From NCBI GenBank assembly GCA_045643185.1, contig JAZUKH010000265.1, positions 1-62,778 on the forward strand: a stretch of DNA of 62,778 nt, given 5' to 3'. A program made the translations under genes and the position numbers. A model generated the notes under the pieces. It was not told the origin of the DNA, made no database searches, and saw only the letters and a list, made by a program, of their open reading frames with translations. Below are positions 52,448-62,000 of this stretch, piece after piece. This DNA comes from Myxococcota bacterium (GTDB lineage Bacteria; Myxococcota_A; Bradymonadia; UBA4248). Every line of letters starts with the position of its first letter. The stretch's first letter is position 1.

Positions 52448-52523
52448 AAAAACACAAGAGTTCTTTGAAAACCGCTCACTTCGGGGCTCAAAGCGATCAC
52501 CCAAGTGAAAAAGGTTGAGGAAT

Positions 52524-54545
52524 ATGTACACCGTCATCATCGTCAACAAGCGCACTTCAGACTTTATGCAGTCGCATCGATTTTTGTTCGAGCCGTTTAT
52601 TCGCAACGGTGAGCTGGATATTTGCGACTGGAATGAGGGCGGAACGGACGTGAATTCGTCGATTCCGGATCTTTACAAGCTGATTCGCGGCAAGCGCATT
52701 TGGCGCGCGCTGATTTTGAATACGGATTCGCTTGTGGGGTATCATGGCTGCGCGATGCCGAAGCGCGATAATCCGTACGATTTTTCGGACCTGGATGATG
52801 AGATCATGCCGCATGAGAGCCCGATTCCATTGATTCGTCTGACGCACATTTTGGGCGGATACGCGTCGGCGCCGCAAAAATCGTTCGAGAAAGGCTTTGA
52901 ATACGTCGATCAGGAAAGCGGCGAAATCGTTCGAAGACTAGAAAGTGAGCTGTCGTTGGAGGATCTGAGCGAGTTGTCGGATCAGTACGGCGAGTCGCTC
53001 AAAGCCGTGTATATGGAAAAGCCTGAAGATGCGAGTTTTGCGCAGAAACAGGCGGAAATGGCCGAGCGATATACGTTTGACTCGGTTCGTCCGCGCGAGA
53101 TCATGCTTGTTTCGACGCGTCAGAAGAACGAAGAGAACGACCGTCGCAAGATCGTGGCGTCGTGGCTCGACCATTTGGAGACGGGCAGTTCGAGTTTTTG
53201 GGAACGCAATAAATACCCGAATTGTTGTCGCTTCATGTTTTGTGAGATCAGTCGCACGGACAACGCGCGGTATGAGCAGGACGTGTGTCAATTTTGGCTT
53301 GCTGTTCTGACGTTGGCGTTAAATCAGATCTCGCCGAGTTCGCTTCAGGCTTATCGCTTGTATAAATTGAGCGTGGATCTTTCGATGGAGGTGCTTCAGG
53401 CGCGTATTTGTCAGCACCTGAACCTTCTGGAGTCGGCGAAGCGTGTGGTCAATGACGCGTTGGCGCAGTTGCCGGAATACGATTTTGCGACGGACGAACA
53501 GGTCTTGGCGATCGAAAAGGTGCCTTTGGTCGTCGAAACGAAGGACGACGGCGAATCGCCTTTGGAAGTCAAGGCGGACGCGTACGTGAAACACGATGAC
53601 ACGTTGGGCAGCTACGCCACGATGCGCGCACAAAGTCAGAAAAACCTCGCCCGACAAATGCAGAACCCCCGGCGAGGTATCGATCGCGCGGCCAAACTCG
53701 TGCGAAGTAAGGCGAAAGGCTATTACGGCACTTATTGTGAACTGGATGAATTTCAGATCGATGATCTAAAAGAATCGGTCCGCGATTATGAGCTTAAGGT
53801 GTTCACGACGCGGCCTAAGAATATATATAATAAGAAAAAGACCATGGAAAAAGGCGCCGAGGTCGTTCGGAACCTTCAACTGGAGATTCCGGAGCCGATG
53901 ACGAGCTATCAGTTGATCGTCGCCGGTGTCATCGCGCTCGTCCTGGTGATTTTGGGCAATTTGACCTATTTGGTGGATTCGTATGACGCGGGGACGTTGC
54001 TCGAAGCGTTTTTGCTGACCGTCGCCATCGTTTTGGTGACCGCCATTGGCGGCATTGTGGCGCTCAAATGGCACCAGTCTGTCATGGAACAAAAAATTTC
54101 GGCGCTGCAAAAGCCCATTCGTGATCACGCCAACGAGATCCAAAAAAGCAATGCCCTGTTTGAAGACTATTTCACAAATGTTTGCACTTATATGAAAGGT
54201 CGCTCCATGCTGATCGGAACACAAATGTGTGACGATGACTGCACGACCGATCGAAAACGTTATAGTGCGCACCTCAAAGCCTTGTCAAAAGCCATTGAGC
54301 GCGATCAGAAATGGTTATTTAATTATGATATTAAGCGCATCAATGAAGAAAAAATATATAATATCGATAAGATCTTCGATGTGAACGAATTGCCCATTAA
54401 TAATAAATTATATTGGTTTGAACCGAATGAAGAAACGGATTCCATTGTGTTGAATGCGACCGGGGATACCTGTAACGCGCCGTACAAGTTCGTGACGCGC
54501 TTGTACGTTGAACGCGAAGAGATCTTTGATGATGCGGAGAAATAA
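52524..54545 (+). CDS. Hypothetical protein with a large N-terminal soluble part and a TM hairpin (no recognisable domain)
   Basis: The ORF track starts at TTG 52515. ATG 52524 is preferred but uncertain. Two adjacent TM helices are present (LIVAGVIALVLVILGNLTYLV, FLLTVAIVLVTAIGGIVALKW). I see no catalytic motif. Confidence 0.7.
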   Translation: MYTVIIVNKRTSDFMQSHRFLFEPFIRNGELDICDWNEGGTDVNSSIPDLYKLIRGKRIWRALILNTDSLVGYHGCAMPKRDNPYDFSDLDDEIMPHESPIPLIRLTHILGGYASAPQKSFEKGFEYVDQESGEIVRRLESELSLEDLSELSDQYGESLKAVYMEKPEDASFAQKQAEMAERYTFDSVRPREIMLVSTRQKNEENDRRKIVASWLDHLETGSSSFWERNKYPNCCRFMFCEISRTDNARYEQDVCQFWLAVLTLALNQISPSSLQAYRLYKLSVDLSMEVLQARICQHLNLLESAKRVVNDALAQLPEYDFATDEQVLAIEKVPLVVETKDDGESPLEVKADAYVKHDDTLGSYATMRAQSQKNLARQMQNPRRGIDRAAKLVRSKAKGYYGTYCELDEFQIDDLKESVRDYELKVFTTRPKNIYNKKKTMEKGAEVVRNLQLEIPEPMTSYQLIVAGVIALVLVILGNLTYLVDSYDAGTLLEAFLLTVAIVLVTAIGGIVALKWHQSVMEQKISALQKPIRDHANEIQKSNALFEDYFTNVCTYMKGRSMLIGTQMCDDDCTTDRKRYSAHLKALSKAIERDQKWLFNYDIKRINEEKIYNIDKIFDVNELPINNKLYWFEPNEETDSIVLNATGDTCNAPYKFVTRLYVEREEIFDDAEK

Positions 54546-57500
54546 ATGATGGATCAGATGTCTTTATTTCATTCGATTTTATGGTGTTTCGGTTTTTTGA
54601 TGATCAGCGTAGCGTGCATAGCGATCAATTTGCCGAAACCGAATCGCGGCCGCCAATTTTTGTTGCCGATCGTCGCGGTGATCTTCAGCATCGTGGCTAT
54701 GGTCGGTATTGAAGAGATCTCTGAAGAAGTTCAGGGCGTCATTGAGCAGTCGCCGCTGATCTTGTTGTTGATCGGCAATGTCGAGATCGGCGCAGCCCTG
54801 ATCTACGTGGTCAACATCGCTATCGTGGGCGCGTTCTTTTTGACCAAGGCTGTGCTTTTGCCCGTCGTTAATTTGATCTGGCGCAAAGAAGCCGTCATGG
54901 AACTCACGTCGGGCTATTTCTATGACCACATCGTGATTTCTTCAGCCAAACCAGCCAAGAATAGCGACGCGTCGGATGAAGACGAAGGGGAGGACGAGGA
55001 AGACAAGGTCGAATCGTCTGACCAGGAAGACGAAGACCAAAACGTCGAAGCCAAGTCGTCGAAGGAGGACGCTGACAAAAACTCGTCCAAGAAAGACGAG
55101 CCTGACGAAGAATGGATCGTCAAAAAAGAATTTCTGCAATTCAAGACCTATTATTGGGGCTTCTATGCCGCGTTGTTGGTCGTCATCACGACGATCTTTT
55201 TGCTTTCCCAGTATTTTCCGGATTGGGAAGTCTTTGAAGCGATCTTTTACCCGGCTTTTGCCGTGTTGATCTTGGGCGAAGTGGCGTGTTACCTGTCCGG
55301 TAAAGAAGAACGAACGCCGTTGCCGCCCGCGCCCGAGAAGGTCAAAAAGCCTGAACCTGTGCCGGAATATGACTTTTTGCGCAAGATCATGCGCGACTTG
55401 TTTGGTGATCGCGATCTGCATGACTGTGTGTTGATGCCTGAAGCCATAACGAGCGATGAACAGCGTCATTTGGATCGACTGAGTGCAAGTCCGGACGAGA
55501 CGGATAAACTCGTCTCGGCGTATTTTGAACGTTTGCAGCAGGAAGGCATTGGTCTGGATGAGAACGGCATCGACATGACGACGTGGCTCATGCACGGTCA
55601 CAGCGTGTTGGTGTGTAACCCGTTCTACAAGGATCTGACGCACTACTTGTTGATGCCGATGATCCACCACTTGATGGATTTTCACAAATGCCTCGTGGTG
55701 GTCGGGCGCGATTCGGCGGTTGACGATGTTAAAGCCTGGTTGGAACGCGGCATTCTCGATTTTTCGGGCACGAATAGCTTGTGGCACACCGAGGTCGTTT
55801 CAAAACTGGCTTGTGAGGCCGACGTGGGCGTGTTGCGCGCGTGCGACTTGTATAATCAGGAGATCATCGATAACAATCGCGCGTTTTGGTCGCAGGTCGG
55901 TTTTGTGTTTATCGTGGAACCGTCGCGCATTTTGGCGACGGCACAAATGGGTCTGAGCATTTTGATCAGCCATTGCGAGCGCGCCGACAAAGAGATCGTT
56001 TACTGTGCGTGTGATCGCAACTGCGACGGGCTTGTCGATAGCCTTTCACACGTGCTGCGCACGAGTTTGACCGAGGTCAGCGCGACGCCACTGGGCAACG
56101 CGTGCTCGTCACAGATGTTCTGGCAGGCCAACGGGGCTTTCATTCAACACCGCATTTTCCCCGCCATTTCACGTTACTTGGGCATGGGCACCGAGTTTGG
56201 GGCGCTCGCCCTCAAACATCACATCACGCCGACGACCTGGCTCAGTTGTGACAAGTTCCCCGTCGTGGACATGAAATGGGTGAGCGGTCAATACTATCGT
56301 CAGATCTGCCAGTTCACGGCTTTGCCCGTTAGCCAGGCTGAGTTCAACGCAGCATTTCTCGTGCAGCCAAATTTGTGGCACGAAGAAAAGCGCGAAAATG
56401 CCTACCTCACGGTGGAAGACGAGTTTCAAAACCTGTTCGAAGTGTCGCGCATCTTCATGTCGCGTGCGACGAAGCAGAGTTTTATCAACGTCATCAGCGA
56501 AAACTACTTTTTGCGAGACTACATGGTGGCGAATGTTCAGACGTTTATGGGCGACATGAAAGCGCTTCCGACGATCGTGCCGGACTTCGCACGCACCGAA
56601 CGCAACGTCGTGCTTAAGCTCGTCATGATGATGTTGAACGGGGTCGTGCGCGATGACATCATCGAGCGCGAGTTTAGACTTTGTGGCATCGCTTATCACG
56701 ACATTTACACGAAGCTCGTCGAGCTCATCGCCAAACACTGCGGTGTTGAAGATCCAAGGCTGAGCGTGCACTTTGATGAGGAAGTGGTTGAAAACGCGTT
56801 GGAATCGCGACAGATCCGTTCGTACGACATCAAAGACAACGTTGCGTTGTCGGCATACGCTCGGACGCTTCAGACGGCGTATTTTGTGGCCGAAGACGAG
56901 GTGGATGCGAGCCATCATTTGGGCGCCAAACTCTATGGTCACGTGTTCCAGACGGTGTTGCCCGGCCAGTACATCACGTTTGAAGGCAAGTACTACGAAG
57001 TTTTGCGCGTGACGCCTGAGAGCAGCATTGTCGTGCGCCGCGCGGCGGATCATTTGAGCGACCGCGTTTATTATCGTCAACTTCGTAAGATCCACCTTCA
57101 TCGTTGGGTTGCCGACGAGGCGATGGGCGCCAACCGCGTGTTTTCGCAGATCGGTCTGACGCGTGGCTTCGTCGATTTTGACGTCTCGACCCTCGGCTAT
57201 CTTGAACTTTCGTCGTATGAAGATCTAAAGACCGCGCGCCGCGTCGTTGTGAGTGGCATTCCATCGCGTTCGTATGTCAACAAGAGCGCGTTGCGCGTTC
57301 GGTTGCCAGGTGTCAGCCGCGAAACGCTGTTCACGATCTGTTTGCTTCTCAACGAGATCTTCCGCACGACCTATCCGGATTCCAACCAGTTTGTGGCGGC
57401 GGTGCTGCCGACCGAGGCGTATGCGGATTCGGCGTTGAGCGAAGCCGTTTACGGCTTCGAGGGTGAGTGTGAACCTGACTGCTTTTATATTCTGGAAGAC

Positions 57501-58025
57501 AGCGTTATCGACCTCGGATTGGTCGTTTCGGTCGAGCGCAATCTCAAGCGTTACTTTGAGATCATCACCGAAGTTTTGGCCTGGCACCTCGAAAAACTCG
57601 TCGAAGTGCCTGAACCGACTGATTCGGATGAAGAAGCCAAGGCTCATGACGCGGCGAAAGACGAGCTCGTCGAAACCGCGGAAGTTGCCCCCGTTAAAGA
57701 AAAGATGGGGCTGTTTGCCCGCATCATCGCCTGGTTCAAGAACCTGTTCGTGGGGGGCGACCTCAAAAACGTGGCGGATGAATTGCCTGACGAGACACAA
57801 AACAAGGATACCGCCAAAAAAGCTGAAGAAAAGCCCGTGCTGAAACCGTTGCCCTATGCCGAACGTTGTTTCCTCAAATACGGTTTTGAGGCGTTCGATC
57901 CGATGTTAGACGTGGAACAAACGCTTGCCTATCTTTGCCAGTTTGGTTTTGAGCACAACGCCCTGGCTTCGGTGCGCGAAGCCGCGCAGTCGCGACAAAA
58001 AGAAGCAGGTCGAACGGCTGAGTAA
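54546..58025 (+). CDS. Hypothetical polytopic membrane protein with an acidic linker and a ~880-aa cytoplasmic region (no recognisable domain)
   Basis: 1159 aa. The ATG directly follows the upstream TAA (TAAATG). About 4 N-terminal TM helices, a D/E/K/S-rich stretch (DASDEDEGEDEEDKVESSDQEDEDQ...), then 2 more TM helices and a large soluble region without a P-loop. Confidence 0.75.
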   Translation: MMDQMSLFHSILWCFGFLMISVACIAINLPKPNRGRQFLLPIVAVIFSIVAMVGIEEISEEVQGVIEQSPLILLLIGNVEIGAALIYVVNIAIVGAFFLTKAVLLPVVNLIWRKEAVMELTSGYFYDHIVISSAKPAKNSDASDEDEGEDEEDKVESSDQEDEDQNVEAKSSKEDADKNSSKKDEPDEEWIVKKEFLQFKTYYWGFYAALLVVITTIFLLSQYFPDWEVFEAIFYPAFAVLILGEVACYLSGKEERTPLPPAPEKVKKPEPVPEYDFLRKIMRDLFGDRDLHDCVLMPEAITSDEQRHLDRLSASPDETDKLVSAYFERLQQEGIGLDENGIDMTTWLMHGHSVLVCNPFYKDLTHYLLMPMIHHLMDFHKCLVVVGRDSAVDDVKAWLERGILDFSGTNSLWHTEVVSKLACEADVGVLRACDLYNQEIIDNNRAFWSQVGFVFIVEPSRILATAQMGLSILISHCERADKEIVYCACDRNCDGLVDSLSHVLRTSLTEVSATPLGNACSSQMFWQANGAFIQHRIFPAISRYLGMGTEFGALALKHHITPTTWLSCDKFPVVDMKWVSGQYYRQICQFTALPVSQAEFNAAFLVQPNLWHEEKRENAYLTVEDEFQNLFEVSRIFMSRATKQSFINVISENYFLRDYMVANVQTFMGDMKALPTIVPDFARTERNVVLKLVMMMLNGVVRDDIIEREFRLCGIAYHDIYTKLVELIAKHCGVEDPRLSVHFDEEVVENALESRQIRSYDIKDNVALSAYARTLQTAYFVAEDEVDASHHLGAKLYGHVFQTVLPGQYITFEGKYYEVLRVTPESSIVVRRAADHLSDRVYYRQLRKIHLHRWVADEAMGANRVFSQIGLTRGFVDFDVSTLGYLELSSYEDLKTARRVVVSGIPSRSYVNKSALRVRLPGVSRETLFTICLLLNEIFRTTYPDSNQFVAAVLPTEAYADSALSEAVYGFEGECEPDCFYILEDSVIDLGLVVSVERNLKRYFEIITEVLAWHLEKLVEVPEPTDSDEEAKAHDAAKDELVETAEVAPVKEKMGLFARIIAWFKNLFVGGDLKNVADELPDETQNKDTAKKAEEKPVLKPLPYAERCFLKYGFEAFDPMLDVEQTLAYLCQFGFEHNALASVREAAQSRQKEAGRTAE

Positions 58026-58081
58026 CCGTATCGCAGGTGACATCACCAGTTATGAAAAGTCGAGATGCTGGTGATGGTCGA

Positions 58082-58109
58082 TTTGAGCGCGCGAAAAGGC
58101 GCGCTCAAA
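58082..58109. terminator. Hairpin terminator between the convergent operon end and the ankyrin gene
   Basis: TTTGAGCGCGC-gaaaag-GCGCGCTCAAA (11-bp stem), followed by CGCATTTTGTG. A second hairpin CATCACCAG/CTGGTGATG lies at 58043-58078. Confidence 0.6.
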
Positions 58110-58138
58110 CGCATTTTGTGTTTGTGTGCGATCACGCG

Positions 58139-59035
58139 TTACTTTTTTTCAGTTTTGGGCGCGGCACTGAGGACGTCGAGGATCGCCTGGTTGCCGTCGG
58201 GCAAATGATAATCGGTGGCCTGAATGACTTGGCTGGGCGTGATACCGTCGTTGTCTTTGAGCTGGGCATCAGCGCCAGCCGCGATCAGCGCCGACGTGAT
58301 CTTGGGGTCGAGGGCAAAAAAGATCGGTGAGCGGCCACGACTGTCGGTTGCATTGACGTCGGCGCCGCCCGCGATCAGGGCTGTCACAAGGTCGGCATTG
58401 AGTGTGCGATACACGACTTTGGCGTCGTACGTGTTGTTTGGATTCACGACGTGGTCTTTGGTGTGCACCGTGTAGGGATTTGGATCGGTCAGGTCGATGA
58501 CGTTCTGAATGACTTTTTGCTGGTCACCCTCGATCAGGTTCTGGTGTATCGAGGTGGCGTAGTGCAGTGCCGTATAGCCATTGATGTCGCGTTTGGTCAG
58601 GTCGGCTTTGCCGGCAATGAGTTTTTGCACGACATCGAGGTCCTGATGGACAATGGCGAGCATGAGCGCTGTGACTTCGGGACCGACCTGGACGTCAAGA
58701 TCGGCGCCGGCCGCGATGAGCAGGTCGATCGTGTCGTGATTGGCAAAGAAAATGGCCGTCTTGCCGTCAAATGACGGCAGATTGACATCGGCTTTGGCCG
58801 TGATCAGGGATCTCACCGACGCAGCGTCACGAGCAACCATGAGCGGCGTCAGGCCTTCGTGGTTTTGCGCGTTGATGTCGCTGTTCAGAATGATGGCGTC
58901 GACATTGGTCGAGTCGATATAGCAATTGGATTGCGGCCATTGCTTACAGGCGGTCGGGGCGGGAACGCTCGTGGACTGGCAGGCACTCAAGAGCGTGAAA
59001 GCCAACATGGATGAGAGAATGAGTGACTTTTTCAT
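58139..59035 (-). CDS. Ankyrin-repeat lipoprotein
   Basis: 298 aa, lipobox LSAC. Several ANK-like units are present (GLTPLMVA...LI.AKADVN, GYTALHYA, GRSPIFFA...LIAAGAD). It starts 20 nt after the dnaE stop. Confidence 0.8.
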   Translation of the reverse strand: MKKSLILSSMLAFTLLSACQSTSVPAPTACKQWPQSNCYIDSTNVDAIILNSDINAQNHEGLTPLMVARDAASVRSLITAKADVNLPSFDGKTAIFFANHDTIDLLIAAGADLDVQVGPEVTALMLAIVHQDLDVVQKLIAGKADLTKRDINGYTALHYATSIHQNLIEGDQQKVIQNVIDLTDPNPYTVHTKDHVVNPNNTYDAKVVYRTLNADLVTALIAGGADVNATDSRGRSPIFFALDPKITSALIAAGADAQLKDNDGITPSQVIQATDYHLPDGNQAILDVLSAAPKTEKK

Positions 59036-59055
59036 GGCGAATCAGCGTGTGCAGG

Positions 59056-62000
59056 TTAGGCGGTGAACGTCGAGGTGACGCGTGGTTTAAGTTCGTAGTG
59101 TTCGACGCCGAGAAGCGAGTCGACTTTTTTGAGAAAATCGTCGGTGAGTAAGACCGAGCGCATCGCGCGAACATCGGCCTGTAGGTCGTTATGGTAAATT
59201 CTGAGATAGCACTGTGTCGGGCCGGGGTTTTGTTGAATATACTCGGCGAGTCGTTGGGCATCCTGGACAGAGTGTTCTTCGGTATTGAATTTGAAGAGGA
59301 CGTGGGCGATGCGATCACGTCGGAGCGTTTCGACCGAGTCGAGTGAGTCGATCATGACTTCGGCTTTTCGTGCGTCCTCATCGCCGGTGATCGAAACGCG
59401 TCCGGTCAACACGACGGGGCCTTGTAGCTGGAATTTGTCGTATCCAATGCGTTCAAGTGTCTTGTTGAAGCCGACGAAGCCGATCTGGCCCGTGCGGTCT
59501 TCAATGATGCCGGTCACCATCTTGGAACCGGATTTGAGCATTCGAATGTTGACGCTCTTAAGGATGCCGCATAGCGCGATCTTGGTTCGGTCGGGCAACT
59601 CGTTGACATCATTCGTTGGCGTGTCGGCAAAGAGTGACGATTCCTGGACGTAGTGATCCATCGGGTGGCCCGAAACGAAGAAGCCGAGCAGGTTAAACTC
59701 GTTTTCGAGCACGATATTTTCGGGCCAGGCGGGCGCCTCGTCGTATTTGTCTTTGAGCGCTTCGGCTTCTGGCGACGCCGCACTGAACAGGTTGAAGAGC
59801 GAGGTCTGTCCGCTTTCTTTGTCGGCGCGGGTCGATTTGCTTCGCTCCATAGCTTTTTGGACGGTCGCGAACATTCTGGCGCGTGCGATACCAATGTCGC
59901 GGATATTATTGAGCGGCTTTTCCCAGGTCGAGTCGAAAGCGCCGCACATGATGAGGGCTTCAATGGACTTTTTGTTGACGCGCTGCGTGTCGATACGGGC
60001 GCAGAAATCGAACAGCCCTTTGAACGGACCTTCTTTTTTGCGATTTTCGAGCACGGGCTCAAGGACGGCTGAACCGACGCCTTTAATGCCAGCCAGACCG
60101 AAGAGGACCGCGTTGTTGACGACGCTAAAGTTGAGTTCCGAGGCGTTGATGTCGGGCGGCAGGACCTTGATGCCTGACTGACGCGCGTCGGTGATGGTGC
60201 GAATGACCTTGGCCGGGTCATCCTGGTCGCAGGTCATAAGCGCGGCGTCGAGTTCGACGGGGTAATGGCATTTTAGCCACGCTGACTGATAGGTAATGAG
60301 CGCGTAAGCCGCCGAGTGGGATTTGTTGAAGCCGTAACCGGCGAATTTTTCGATGAGGTCGAAGATATAACCGGCCTGTTCACCGTCGACGCCGAGTGCC
60401 ACAGCGCCTTCGACGAAGCCGACGCGCTGTTTGGCTAGCAGTTCGGGCTTTTTCTTACCCATAGCACGTCGCATGATGTCTGCACGACCGAGCGAGAAAC
60501 CGCTCAACACCTGGCCGGCCTGCATGACCTGTTCCTGGTACACGAAAACGCCGTAAGTCTCTTTCAAAATGCCTTCGAGACGCGGGTGCGGGTAGTCGGC
60601 CGTTCGCTTGCCGTGTTTGGTTTCAACAAACTGGTCGATCATACCGGAGCCCATCGGGCCTGGTCGGAACAGGGCAACGGCTGCAACGACGTCTTCAAAA
60701 CAGCTCGGTTTGAGGTTCATCAGCAGCTTCTTAAAGCCATTGGATTCGAGCTGGAACACGCCGGTCGTTTTGGCTGCCGAGATCATCTGATACACTTTGG
60801 CGTCGTCCAACGGGATCATATCGGCTTCGATGGGATCTTCACCGCGCAACGCACGCGTGTGGTTCACGTGACGGAACGCGTGTTGAAGCACCGTCAGCGT
60901 TTTGAGGCCCAAAAAGTCGAATTTGACCAGGCCGGCTTCTTCAACTTCGGCTTTCGCATACTGCGCGACGATTTCACCGTTGGCGCCACGAAATACCGGC
61001 ACGTAGTCCCAAAGCGGTCCTTCTGAAATGACGATACCGGCGGCGTGCATACCCGTCTGGCAGAACAGGTTTTCGACCTGTGTCGACAGATCGTACAGCA
61101 GGTTGACGCGTTCATTCGTGTCGACGAGTTCCTTGAGTTTGGGCTCAACCTGGTAGGCGACCGAAAGCGTCATGTGGGCGGCATCCACCGTTTTGCCGTT
61201 CAGCTCGGCTTTGTCGGGCACAAGTTTGGTGATGATCGATTTTTCAGCTGGCGTGAAGCAAAGCACACGGCCGACCGCGTTGATCGCGGCTTTGGCCTTG
61301 AGCGCGCCAAACGTGGCGATCTGAGCCACGTTGTATTTCCCGTATTCTTCCGACACGTATTTGATCGTCTCGGTACGGCGGTCCATGCAGAAGTCGACGT
61401 CGAAGTCGGGCATACTGACACGTTCGGGGTTCAAAAATCGTTCAAAGAGCAGCGAAAATGCCAGCGGGTCAAGGTCGGTGATCGTCATGGAGTACGCGAC
61501 GAGTGAGCCTGCGCCCGAACCACGGCCCGGACCTACGGGAATGTCGTGCGTCTTGCTCCAGTGAATGAAGTCCCACACGATCAAAAAGTAGCCGGGGAAG
61601 TCCATCTGCGTGATGACGCCGATCTCGCGTTCGAGGCGTTTCCAGTAAAGGTCGCGGTCAACGTGCTTGCCAATTTTTTCAAACGCGGCCAGACGCTTGA
61701 CAAAACCGGCACGTGCGACTTCTTTGAAGTACTCGTGTACGCCTGTTTTGGGGTCGTCGATGTGGTTGACTTCCAAAAAATCCTTGGGAGTGTGGAACTG
61801 CGGCAAAAAGACCGGTCCGAGTCGAACCGGGCAATACACCGATTCGGCGATCTTCAGCGTGTTTTCGCAGGCTTCAGGCACATCCTTAAAGGCTTCCCAC
61901 ATCTCTTCGTCCGACTTGAGGTAAAAGTCATCGACGAGGGACTGTTTCAGCACGTCGAGGTCGATCTGCTTTTTCATGCCGATCATGACGTGCAGAGCCT

